Assembly: GCA_015068725.1 (NCBI GenBank)
Contig: SVKA01000003.1
Location: 234 to 64,233 of the forward strand
Origin: Oscillospiraceae bacterium
Lineage (GTDB): Bacteria > Bacillota > Clostridia > UBA1381 > UMGS1253
Direction: 5' to 3'
Length of the DNA stretch: 64,000 bases
Shown: positions 39,705 through 47,983 of the stretch, one piece after another
Numbering within the stretch: the first letter of the stretch is position 1
How the letters are laid out: every line of letters starts with the position of its first letter
Made by a program: the position numbers and the translations under genes
Notes under the pieces: generated by a model
Databases searched by the model: none
What the model was told of the DNA's origin: nothing
Seen by the model: only the letters and a program-made list of their open reading frames with translations

Positions 39705-40181
39705 TCAATCTTTCGCAAATAACTTATGAGAAAATTTCTTTTTAATAATCCACAAAAAAATTATGCTTATGACCAATCCGACTACTGTGCCTGTAAAATC
39801 CACAAAAACATCAGAAATCATACCTGCCCTTCCTTCAACAAAAAGCTGTATTGCCTCGTCTATGCAAGCGGTAAGCAGGCCTATAAAAAGTATCCACGAT
39901 ATATTTTTTCGTATTTTCCCCTCTGTGTATTCAAAAAATCCACAAACAAGACACGCATGGAGAGCAAATTCAGCCACATGAGCACATTTTCTTACGATAT
40001 ATGTGCACAGATTCAAAAGTTCGTCATATGGCATATTTACAAACCTTTGCACAATCGAAGTAATCCATTGTGATATACCAAAGCTTTCCTGTGCTGATTC
40101 TGGCGCAGGTTTTAATGAGCGGCAGAATATAAATATCGTAAAAAGTATACACAAGGTCAGCCATATATATTTCTTTTTCAA
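39705..40181 (-). CDS. VanZ family membrane protein
   Basis: 158 aa with four TM helices and the conserved VRKxAHxxEF (VRKCAHVAEF) and DExxQ (DEAIQLF) motifs. TTG start 10 nt behind AGGAG, and no in-frame ATG nearby. Confidence 0.8.
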   Translation of the reverse strand: MKKKYIWLTLCILFTIFIFCRSLKPAPESAQESFGISQWITSIVQRFVNMPYDELLNLCTYIVRKCAHVAEFALHACLVCGFFEYTEGKIRKNISWILFIGLLTACIDEAIQLFVEGRAGMISDVFVDFTGTVVGLVISIIFLWIIKKKFSHKLFAKD

Positions 40182-40208
40182 CCCACGCTCTCTCCTTTGA
40201 AGATATTG

Positions 40209-41663
40209 TTATATAATTATCTTTGCAAGCTTAGGACTTTCGGCTTTTAAAACGCCGTCGACATATACCTTCAGTCCCGCTCCTTTGTTGTATTTATTCC
40301 CTGTTTTATCCCACAAGATGCTCAAATACTGATTGTGATACAAAACTCCGTCAACACAAAGATACTCGACATCATTTTTGTCAAACAACGGATTGATTTC
40401 AATTTTTTCATCATCTCTCGGTCTTATACCTGCAAGTCCCATCAGGACAAGGTCGCAAAAGCTCGAATGGTTATAATGTATACCACGTTTTTGGTTAAGC
40501 TCATCATAATTTTTTTCAGCCATTATCTTTTTTGCAATCCATTCTCCTGTAAAAGGGTCAAGATTTTCGTCAATCCATGGAATTTTCTGACCATCATCAT
40601 TTACAATATACTGCGACTGTGCATAAAGCTTGAGAAGATTATAATAATCTCTCTTCTCCATAACATCTTGGTTGTAATTACACAAAAGATTACCAAGTGC
40701 AGTAAGCGTTTGCGATGTAGCAAACGGCCACGAAGGTCCGTTCCAAAGACACATATGAGAATATTCTTTCATGAAATCTTTATAATTTCTCTCTGTTGTA
40801 GTAGGACCAAACGGTGCATAAAAATAATTTTCATCATTTAAAAACTTCCACGCTTCGCTTTTATCCTCATCGGGCATATTAAAATACCACGGAATGTATC
40901 CTATAAGCTCACGCACATCACAACGATAATAACCGTTTATATTTTTATAAAAACATGCTTCTTTGTCCCAAAGAGATTTGTCCATTTTTGCCTTCTGCTC
41001 TTTATATTCATTTTCATAATAAGCCTTTTCGTCCTCTTTGCCAAGACTGTCGGCTATTTTGCTAAGAGCCAGCGCATCACCATACTGATAAGAATTTATC
41101 GTAGGTCTGCAACCATTACCACTTGCAGAAAACTCCATTCCGTCATAATTGTCGATTTGATACAAAAGCTTACACCCTCTGTCCATACGATGCTTCTTTT
41201 CCCATTTGTCATAGTTCTCTTTAAGGTCTTCATAAAGCGACTGTGCCAAAGAAAAATCACCTGTTACTTTGCATATAGCATAAACCGAATCCGCAAGCCA
41301 CGTGCTGTAAAGCATCGGATTTGCGCCCTCTTTAAACCAAAAACGTGCATAATCATCAAGATACTTTTTATCATGAAGCCATCTGCCCTCGTACATATGA
41401 TGCCCAGCCGGACAAACAATACTGCCATAGATGCCCTCCCACGGAACGCTTGGAGTAAATTCAGTAACTATATATCCCAAAGGAGTTTCTTTGATATGAC
41501 TGCAAAAAGTGTGCCAGCGATAATAATAGATTTCTTTGATATTTTCATCAGAAATGTCAAGCAGTGGAATTCCAATATCAAAAGGAGATAATCCACCTAT
41601 ATCATATTTATTCTCGTCTTTGATTTGTGATTCATTTAAAATATAATACTTTTTATTTTTCAT
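40209..41663 (-). CDS. Cytoplasmic (alpha/alpha)6-barrel glycoside hydrolase, GH63/GH37 (MGH1-/trehalase-like) type
   Basis: 484 aa with no signal peptide. CLWNGPSWPFATSQT resembles the W-x-G-P-x-W-P segment of clan GH-G enzymes. Family call is from motif memory only. Confidence 0.55.
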   Translation of the reverse strand: MKNKKYYILNESQIKDENKYDIGGLSPFDIGIPLLDISDENIKEIYYYRWHTFCSHIKETPLGYIVTEFTPSVPWEGIYGSIVCPAGHHMYEGRWLHDKKYLDDYARFWFKEGANPMLYSTWLADSVYAICKVTGDFSLAQSLYEDLKENYDKWEKKHRMDRGCKLLYQIDNYDGMEFSASGNGCRPTINSYQYGDALALSKIADSLGKEDEKAYYENEYKEQKAKMDKSLWDKEACFYKNINGYYRCDVRELIGYIPWYFNMPDEDKSEAWKFLNDENYFYAPFGPTTTERNYKDFMKEYSHMCLWNGPSWPFATSQTLTALGNLLCNYNQDVMEKRDYYNLLKLYAQSQYIVNDDGQKIPWIDENLDPFTGEWIAKKIMAEKNYDELNQKRGIHYNHSSFCDLVLMGLAGIRPRDDEKIEINPLFDKNDVEYLCVDGVLYHNQYLSILWDKTGNKYNKGAGLKVYVDGVLKAESPKLAKIII

Positions 41664-41688
41664 TTACATATTCCTCCGGTTGCTGTTT

Positions 41689-42537
41689 TTATTTCTTTGT
41701 CCTTATAACGAGCGAGCGTATCGACTTGAAAACCCCTCCCGATTCACATACAATCTGGTACAATCCGCCAGATGCACAAATGAAAATGAATGCTACAAAA
41801 TTAATCATATAACAACTTTTTATTTCCCAGAATAACAAGAAAAACATAATTCCAAAAGCACAAAGTTGCGGAAAAACGAACGCAAGATTCCTTTTTTTGA
41901 AATTAAGAGAAAATAGCATCAATAACTGTATGGCAAGAAAAATACCCGTTGTTGCCATTACATAATTATAATATTTATCGCCTGTAGTTAATATGTATCG
42001 ATGAATATCTCGTTGTTGTGCCGGTCTGTCGTCCAAAAATTCTGCTATTCCATATGCACCGTTTCCAAACACGATAGCAGGTTTGCGAACAGCCAAATCA
42101 AGCAAAGCATCTACACCTTGATACTCTATAGCATAACCAAAAACCTCTTTAAGAAATTCCGCCTTTGCCTCTTTGCCCGATATGTTATAAGATGCCATAA
42201 ACAAATCGTGGTTATACATACCATTTCCTATTACTGCCAAATCAAGCCAATACCAAATCGGCTGATTCATTTTTTCGGCGGTTACCTCATCAATATGCGA
42301 TGTATACATATATTTATCAAATCCGGCAAATCCGGCACCAATAACAATCGCCGCCACTAAAACAAGCACAAGCAAATCCTTCCATTTTCTCGACAGCAAA
42401 AGCCAGATGAAAGCCGCAACAAGCACAATCAGCACTGTCATTTTAATCAGTGCGCCAACAAGACAAGCAACACACGCAAGCACTGCCCAGCCAATTTTTG
42501 CTTTTTGTGCGCGTGCCGACTCAGCTTTTAATATCAA
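41689..42537 (-). CDS. C-terminal fragment of a GT-C (ArnT/PMT_2-like) membrane glycosyltransferase (probable frameshift product)
   Basis: 282 codons. The 'start' is a TTG with no SD, 4 nt inside the preceding ORF. Two TM helices, an approximately 130-aa soluble loop, then three TM helices. Confidence 0.5.
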   Translation of the reverse strand: MILKAESARAQKAKIGWAVLACVACLVGALIKMTVLIVLVAAFIWLLLSRKWKDLLVLVLVAAIVIGAGFAGFDKYMYTSHIDEVTAEKMNQPIWYWLDLAVIGNGMYNHDLFMASYNISGKEAKAEFLKEVFGYAIEYQGVDALLDLAVRKPAIVFGNGAYGIAEFLDDRPAQQRDIHRYILTTGDKYYNYVMATTGIFLAIQLLMLFSLNFKKRNLAFVFPQLCAFGIMFFLLFWEIKSCYMINFVAFIFICASGGLYQIVCESGGVFKSIRSLVIRTKK

Positions 42538-43220
42538 AAGCAGGTCAACAGCGGAAAAGCAAGAGAGAGTGCGTCAGTATAAAAGACCGGTGCCATCATA
42601 TAAAATGGTGCGCTACACAGGAAAAACAAAAGTGTAAAAAGGCCACCAACGGCACCAAAGAAACGTTTACTGATAGTTGCTGCAAGTATAACAGAAACCG
42701 ACAAAAGCAAGCTATTCACCACGCCGGCAACTGTAAAATAATCCTGAATGCCAAACAAATTGGCAACTTTAAAAATAAGCGCTAAAAAAGAAAGACTGCC
42801 TAAATTATTGGGGAAAATGTAAAAATAATCCTTGTGGCAGGTTGCAGAAAAATAGTCTGTAAAGCTTCCCGTTTCAACCCACGAAATAGCTCCACGATAA
42901 ATAGCCTCCATATCCCACGCCGGTTCAAAGCGGAGTAAATAAAGCATCAGCATTTGCACTCCAAATATAAACAAAACCGCAACAAGCAAAATCTTTGCGT
43001 AATGTTTTTCAAAAAAAGTCCGCTTTTTATGGATAAACGAAGCCACCAACAGAAAAAATACAAATGCTAAAATAACCAAAAGGCTTAAAACCAAACCATT
43101 ATAGGGATATACCTTTCTGTTAAATAACACATTTAAAATAATTAAAGAAAATGCCAGACCAAAAGCCAGCATAAAACAAATATGTAACCATTTAACCACT
43201 AAACTCTGTTTTTTCTCCAT
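42534..43220 (-). CDS. N-terminal fragment of a GT-C (ArnT/PMT_2-like) membrane glycosyltransferase (probable frameshift product)
   Basis: 228 aa with an ATG behind GGGGAG. About six TM helices, an acidic first external loop (EPAWDMEAIYRGAISWVETG), and it ends ...YTDALSLAFPLLTCF* at a TTTT run. Confidence 0.55.
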   Translation of the reverse strand: MEKKQSLVVKWLHICFMLAFGLAFSLIILNVLFNRKVYPYNGLVLSLLVILAFVFFLLVASFIHKKRTFFEKHYAKILLVAVLFIFGVQMLMLYLLRFEPAWDMEAIYRGAISWVETGSFTDYFSATCHKDYFYIFPNNLGSLSFLALIFKVANLFGIQDYFTVAGVVNSLLLSVSVILAATISKRFFGAVGGLFTLLFFLCSAPFYMMAPVFYTDALSLAFPLLTCF

Positions 43221-43382
43221 ACAAATTCTCCCCTTTTGTCGACAGACATACCCCTTTTGTTTATCGGCGGTTTAAAACCCTCACGAACATAATTTTTAAG
43301 TTTAAATTATTGCTCGTTTTTAATATAAGTTATTTTATCATATTATATATGAGTTTACAAGATTTTTTTGATATCTCAACCT

Positions 43383-43429
43383 ATAAATCCAAAAGGGTGA
43401 TGCGATTGGCATCACCCTTTTGGATTTAT
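43383..43429. terminator. Perfect 21-bp stem-loop (bidirectional terminator-like) at the 3' end of the exonuclease gene
   Basis: ATAAATCCAAAAGGGTGATGC-GATTG-GCATCACCCTTTTGGATTTAT. The inner GC-rich stem is followed by a TTTTGGATTTAT tail on either strand. The exonuclease stop codon (43426-43428) lies inside the stem. Confidence 0.55.
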
Positions 43430-44370
43430 AAAACACTTACTTTTGGTTTTCTTTTCATTTTAGCTTGTCTTTTTGAACAATCATATCGTTTTTTCAAGTC
43501 ATCAGCTATTTGCACACTTGCTTTTTTGGTAATCTTGTTTACATAAAATTTTCCGTCAAGATGCTTGTTAATCTTTACTCTCGAAATAAAATCGCCATGC
43601 TTTGCACACGTCGCAAGGCACACATATTTTCCGTTGACAGAAAGCCATGCGCCGTATTTTTTCATACACTCTCCGCACTCGGGGCAACGCATAAGCGCTA
43701 CATTTTTATCTGCCATAGCCTTATTTTTGGTATAAAAAGCGCCAAAGCTTGTATCATCAAGCTCACTACACAAAACTTTAAAATTGCTTTCGCCCGAATA
43801 TTCTTTCAGACAAGCGCGAATGTCGTGTTTTGTCAAAATCTGCGCCGTATAATACGCATCATCAAGTGCATCGTGAAGACGTCTGTTTTCCTCTTTCTTT
43901 ATTTGCATATGCTCCATAGCAAAGCTTAGAGATTTTTGTTGTTTTTCGCCAAGCTGAGAAACAGAAAAAATCGTCTGCATATCATACCAGTGTGTTATAA
44001 AGCTCTTGTCAACGTCATAAAAATCAAGATTTTGCTTCATGACCTGGATATCATCTGTGCCCCATGTAAAAAGGCAAAAATCATCACCGCACCAATTTTT
44101 AAAGCGCTGGGTAGCACTTATAAAGCTTTCACCCTCGCCTATTGTAGTTTTGTCAATATTGGTAACCCTTTTTACAAAGCTGTTAAGCTTTTTATAATAC
44201 TTTGGCCTTATATATGCACAAAAGCTATCGGTTATTTCCATTTCATCAGAAACCTTGTATGCCCCAATCTGAATTATCTCATTAGGCATTTTATCGCCTA
44301 TTTTCAAATACGGATAGCTATTTTTTGAAACAGGCTGATTCCATTCAAGGTCCATAACTATATACGTCAT
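43426..44370 (-). CDS. DEDDh 3'-5' exonuclease (ERI-1/KapD-like) with a C-terminal zinc-ribbon domain
   Basis: 314 aa. Exo motifs MDLEWN, WGTDDIQV and HDALDDAYYTAQI, plus C-terminal CPECGEC...CLATCAKHGD. It starts 19 nt after the recA stop. Confidence 0.85.
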   Translation of the reverse strand: MTYIVMDLEWNQPVSKNSYPYLKIGDKMPNEIIQIGAYKVSDEMEITDSFCAYIRPKYYKKLNSFVKRVTNIDKTTIGEGESFISATQRFKNWCGDDFCLFTWGTDDIQVMKQNLDFYDVDKSFITHWYDMQTIFSVSQLGEKQQKSLSFAMEHMQIKKEENRRLHDALDDAYYTAQILTKHDIRACLKEYSGESNFKVLCSELDDTSFGAFYTKNKAMADKNVALMRCPECGECMKKYGAWLSVNGKYVCLATCAKHGDFISRVKINKHLDGKFYVNKITKKASVQIADDLKKRYDCSKRQAKMKRKPKVSVL

Positions 44371-44389
44371 TTATATATTCCCTACTTTT

Positions 44390-45457
44390 TTATTTCTTTG
44401 GTGGCTTTGAAAGCGGATTTACCTCTTCTGTGTCTATACGTTCGGTCTGTCCAATCGCAAGCTTCTCACGGATTTGCGCATCTATTTTTGCCGTAAATTC
44501 GGGATTGTCCTCCATATATTTACGCACGTTATCTCTGCCCTGACCAAGTCTTTCGCCCTCATAAGCAAACCACGAACCACTCTTTTTGATTATATCAAGC
44601 GATGTCGCAACATCCAAAATATTTCCTTCTTTTGATATGCCCTTTCCATAAAGAATATCAAATTCTGCTTCTTTAAACGGAGGCGCAACCTTGTTTTTAA
44701 CAACTTTCACACGTGCACGGTTTCCTATAATTTCAGTGCCGTTTTTAATAGCCTCAACCTTTCTTATATCAAGACGTACAGACGCGTAAAACTTGAGCGC
44801 GCGGCCGCCCGTTGTAGTTTCGGGATTGCCGTAAATTACGCCCACCTTTTCACGAAGCTGGTTTATAAATATTGCTATTGTATTGGACTTGTTTAATATA
44901 CCCGCAAGCTTGCGAAGCGCCTGCGACATAAGTCTTGCATGAAGTCCGACATGCGAGTCGCCCATTTCGCCATCAATTTCAGCCTTTGGCACAAGTGCGG
45001 CAACTGAGTCGATAACAACGACATCAATAGCGCCACTTCTTACCAAAGCTTCTGTAATTTCAAGCGCCTGCTCGCCCGTATCGGGCTGTGCAACAAGCAA
45101 ATTATCAATATCTACGCCAAGCTTTCTTGCATATTCAGGGTCAAGCGCGTGCTCAGCATCGATAAACGCAACCTCGCCGCCAAGCTTTTGCGCTTCGGCA
45201 ACAACGTGAAGCGTAAGTGTAGTTTTTCCCGACGATTCGGGTCCATACACCTCTACAATTCTTCCGCGCGGAAGTCCGCCAATTCCAAGCGCCAAATCAA
45301 GACTCATTGAGCCGGTCGGAATTGCTTCTATATTAGTTTTTGCATTTTCGCCAAGCTTCATAATTGAGCCGTCGCCAAACTGCTTTCTTATTCCGCTAAG
45401 CGCCGCATCAAGCGCCTTTCTTTTTTCAGACATATTTTCAGGTAAATTTTCAGCCAT
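44390..45457 (-). CDS. recA: Recombinase RecA
   Basis: 355 aa. Walker [10 protein letters not shown] and a canonical RecA core throughout. Confidence 0.98.
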   Translation of the reverse strand: MAENLPENMSEKRKALDAALSGIRKQFGDGSIMKLGENAKTNIEAIPTGSMSLDLALGIGGLPRGRIVEVYGPESSGKTTLTLHVVAEAQKLGGEVAFIDAEHALDPEYARKLGVDIDNLLVAQPDTGEQALEITEALVRSGAIDVVVIDSVAALVPKAEIDGEMGDSHVGLHARLMSQALRKLAGILNKSNTIAIFINQLREKVGVIYGNPETTTGGRALKFYASVRLDIRKVEAIKNGTEIIGNRARVKVVKNKVAPPFKEAEFDILYGKGISKEGNILDVATSLDIIKKSGSWFAYEGERLGQGRDNVRKYMEDNPEFTAKIDAQIREKLAIGQTERIDTEEVNPLSKPPKK

Positions 45458-45476
45458 AGTATTTTCCTCTCTTTCG

Positions 45477-45489
45477 CAAACAAATGTTC
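45477..45489 (-). promoter_or_regulatory. LexA (Cheo/SOS) box in the recA leader
   Basis: Minus strand reads AGAACATTTGTTTG, i.e. GAAC-N4-GTTT, one mismatch from the Firmicute consensus GAAC-N4-GTTC. It lies 9 nt downstream of the -10 hexamer. Confidence 0.6.
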
Positions 45490-45498
45490 TATAATGAT

Positions 45499-45527
45499 AT
45501 TATACAGCTTCAAAAAGTGTATGTCAA
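45499..45527 (-). promoter_or_regulatory. Sigma-A promoter of recA
   Basis: Minus strand reads TTGACA-N17-TATAAT, both hexamers perfect. Confidence 0.7.
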
Positions 45528-45535
45528 TACATTTT

Positions 45536-46771
45536 TTATTTATTTAACAAATATTCTCTGAGCATTGTGTATGCGCTCACACACGCGCGCATACGGATTT
45601 TCTCGCGATTGCCTGTAAAGTTAAATTCCTTTACGCTTACGTTTTCTTTGTCAGCAAATCCGATATAAACAAGGCCAACCGGATTGCCGTTTTCATCACT
45701 ATCAGGCCCTGCCACGCCCGTAACGCTTATCGTGACGTCAGCGCCCGACACATCAAGCGCACCCTTTGCCATCTGCATAGCTACATCTTCGCTTACTGCC
45801 CCATACTTTTCAAGCGTTTCTTCACTCACGCCTAAAAGTCTATGCTTTGCATCGTTTGAATACATTACAAAGCTTTGAGAAAACACATTTGATGCTCCCG
45901 ACACACTCGTTATACTCTGCGCCAAAAGTCCTCCCGTGCAGCTTTCTGCAAAAGAAACACGCATATTTTTTTGTTTTAGCATATCACACACAACCGAGTA
46001 TATTGTATCGTTATCTGTGCCATATACAGCATCGCCAAGCTCACAGCGTATCTTTTTTTCCACAGGATCAATAAGTTTTTTCGCCTCATTTTCGTCTTTG
46101 GCTTTTGCTGTAATACGAAGGGTTACCTCGCTTTGCTTTGCGTATGGAGCGACTGTGGGGTTGGTTGAACTCTTCATAAGCTCTGAAAGCTTTTCCTCAA
46201 CGCTTGATTCGCCTATACCAATAATACGCAGAGTCTTTGAAAACAGCATAGAATCCGATTTTTGACACAAATATGGAAATACACTTTCATTAAACATCGG
46301 CACTATCTCATTTGGAGGCCCCGGCAAAAAGATTGCAACCTTGCCATCCTTTTCAATTATGCCTCCCGGTGCAGTTCCGTTATTATTTTCAAGCACAATA
46401 CATCCTTCGGGCATAATCGCCTGCTTTACATTTGTCTTTGACATCACACGCCCCGTGCGCTTAAAATAATCCTCTATTTTCTGAAGGCTCGGCTCGTGAA
46501 GTTTTAGCCCCACTCCCATGGCAGATGCAAGCGTTTCCTTTGTAATATCATCATGCGTCGGTCCAAGTCCGCCCGATGTTATTACAATATCTGCGCGTGA
46601 AAGTGCCGTTTTTATCGTATCGGTAAGGCGTTTTTCGTTATCGCCTACCACAGTCTGATAAAAAACGTTTATTCCAAGTCTTGAAAGCTGCTGTGCCAGA
46701 AACTGCGCATCCGTATTTAATATATCACCAAGCAAAAGCTCGGTTCCAACAGCAATGATTTCAGCCGTCAT
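45536..46771 (-). CDS. cinA: Competence/damage-inducible protein CinA (MoCF-like domain plus PncC-type nicotinamide-nucleotide amidohydrolase)
   Basis: N-terminus AEIIAVGTELLLGDILNTD is canonical CinA, and the C-terminal half is PncC-like. ATG 46771 lies 10 nt behind GGGAG. ATG 46780 is too close to the SD. Confidence 0.92.
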   Translation of the reverse strand: MTAEIIAVGTELLLGDILNTDAQFLAQQLSRLGINVFYQTVVGDNEKRLTDTIKTALSRADIVITSGGLGPTHDDITKETLASAMGVGLKLHEPSLQKIEDYFKRTGRVMSKTNVKQAIMPEGCIVLENNNGTAPGGIIEKDGKVAIFLPGPPNEIVPMFNESVFPYLCQKSDSMLFSKTLRIIGIGESSVEEKLSELMKSSTNPTVAPYAKQSEVTLRITAKAKDENEAKKLIDPVEKKIRCELGDAVYGTDNDTIYSVVCDMLKQKNMRVSFAESCTGGLLAQSITSVSGASNVFSQSFVMYSNDAKHRLLGVSEETLEKYGAVSEDVAMQMAKGALDVSGADVTISVTGVAGPDSDENGNPVGLVYIGFADKENVSVKEFNFTGNREKIRMRACVSAYTMLREYLLNK

Positions 46772-46809
46772 ATTTGTCATACTCCCTTTTTAATGATTAT
46801 ATTTTTTGT

Positions 46810-47979
46810 TTATGGCTCAATAACGATAGTTTCAACACCATCTATCGCCTTTTGTATAAGCTCTTCTATTTCAAGCACCGACTCTGATGCAATAATTTTT
46901 TCCACCTTTGGCTTTGTTACGGGGTGCTTTGGTGTAAACACCGTACAGCAATCCTCATAAGGTAAAATCGACGTTTCAAACGCTCCTATTTTGCGTGAAA
47001 TGCGCACAATTTCCTCTTTATCCATACCGATAAGCGGTCTGAAAACAGGCATGTCCACAACCGAGTTTGTAACGTGCAGTGCCTGCATTGTCTGGCTTGC
47101 AACTTGTCCAAGACTTTCGCCCGTAATAAGCGCCTCTGCACCGTTGGCTCTTGCAACACGCTCGGATATCTTCATCATAAAGCGACGCATTATTAGCGTG
47201 AGGTGGTCCTCGGGACAATTATCACGTATGGCGAGCTGAATTTCTGTAAAGGGCACTATGTGAAGCTTTATTTTTGGCACATATCCCGACAAAATCTTTG
47301 CAAGCGATATTACCTTTTCCTTCGCTCTCTCACTTGTGTAAGGATAGCTGAAAAAGTTTATCGCTTCAAGCTCTACTCCTCGTTTTGCAATCATATATCC
47401 TGCAACCGGACTGTCAATTCCGCCCGACAAAAGAAGCATAGCTCTTCCGCCCGTACCAATCGGCAATCCGCCCTGACCTGCAATTTTCTTGCAATACACA
47501 TACGCTCCAAAATCACGTATTTCAACCATTACAACATTTGACGGATTGTTTACATCAACCTGCGCTCCATCAAGATTATGAAACAAATATCCTCCGACCT
47601 CGCGGCATATCTCGGGCGATTTTAACGGAAATTTTTTGTCGGCACGCTTTGCCTCCACCTTAAATGTTTTTTCTTCCAAAATATCTTCGCCGCAATATTC
47701 AAGCGCCGCTTTTTTGATTGCGTCAATATTCTTTTCACATACGCCCGCACGTGTTATGCTCAAAACGCCAATCACCTTTTTAAGACGCTCAATCACATCG
47801 TCTATATCAACGCTTTCGGACGGGTCAATAAAAATCGCCGCCTGTGCACGTGTAACCTCAATCTCGCCAAGGCTTTTTAGTGCTTCTCTGATATTTTTCA
47901 AAAGTATATTTTCAAATACAGGTCTGTTTAACCCCTTTAAAATAATCTCACCGTATTTTACCAAAATAATTTCTTTCAT
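46810..47979 (-). CDS. thiI: tRNA 4-thiouridine(8) synthase ThiI
   Basis: 389 aa. Ferredoxin-like and THUMP N-terminus, then PP-loop SGGIDSPV. Confidence 0.93.
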   Translation of the reverse strand: MKEIILVKYGEIILKGLNRPVFENILLKNIREALKSLGEIEVTRAQAAIFIDPSESVDIDDVIERLKKVIGVLSITRAGVCEKNIDAIKKAALEYCGEDILEEKTFKVEAKRADKKFPLKSPEICREVGGYLFHNLDGAQVDVNNPSNVVMVEIRDFGAYVYCKKIAGQGGLPIGTGGRAMLLLSGGIDSPVAGYMIAKRGVELEAINFFSYPYTSERAKEKVISLAKILSGYVPKIKLHIVPFTEIQLAIRDNCPEDHLTLIMRRFMMKISERVARANGAEALITGESLGQVASQTMQALHVTNSVVDMPVFRPLIGMDKEEIVRISRKIGAFETSILPYEDCCTVFTPKHPVTKPKVEKIIASESVLEIEELIQKAIDGVETIVIEP

Positions 47980-47983
47980 TTAT

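Noticed and set aside
42534-42537. Programmed recoding (selenocysteine or readthrough) as an explanation for the split GT-C gene
   Set aside because: The downstream ORF is in a different reading frame, so stop-codon readthrough cannot join the two. No SECIS-like hairpin or known slippery heptamer is evident. A simple homopolymer indel is the more economical explanation.
43310-43546. 78-aa plus-strand ORF in the GT-C/exonuclease intergenic region
   Set aside because: It has no SD. It runs through the 21-bp terminator hairpin and then antisense into the exonuclease gene. The composition is not protein-like.
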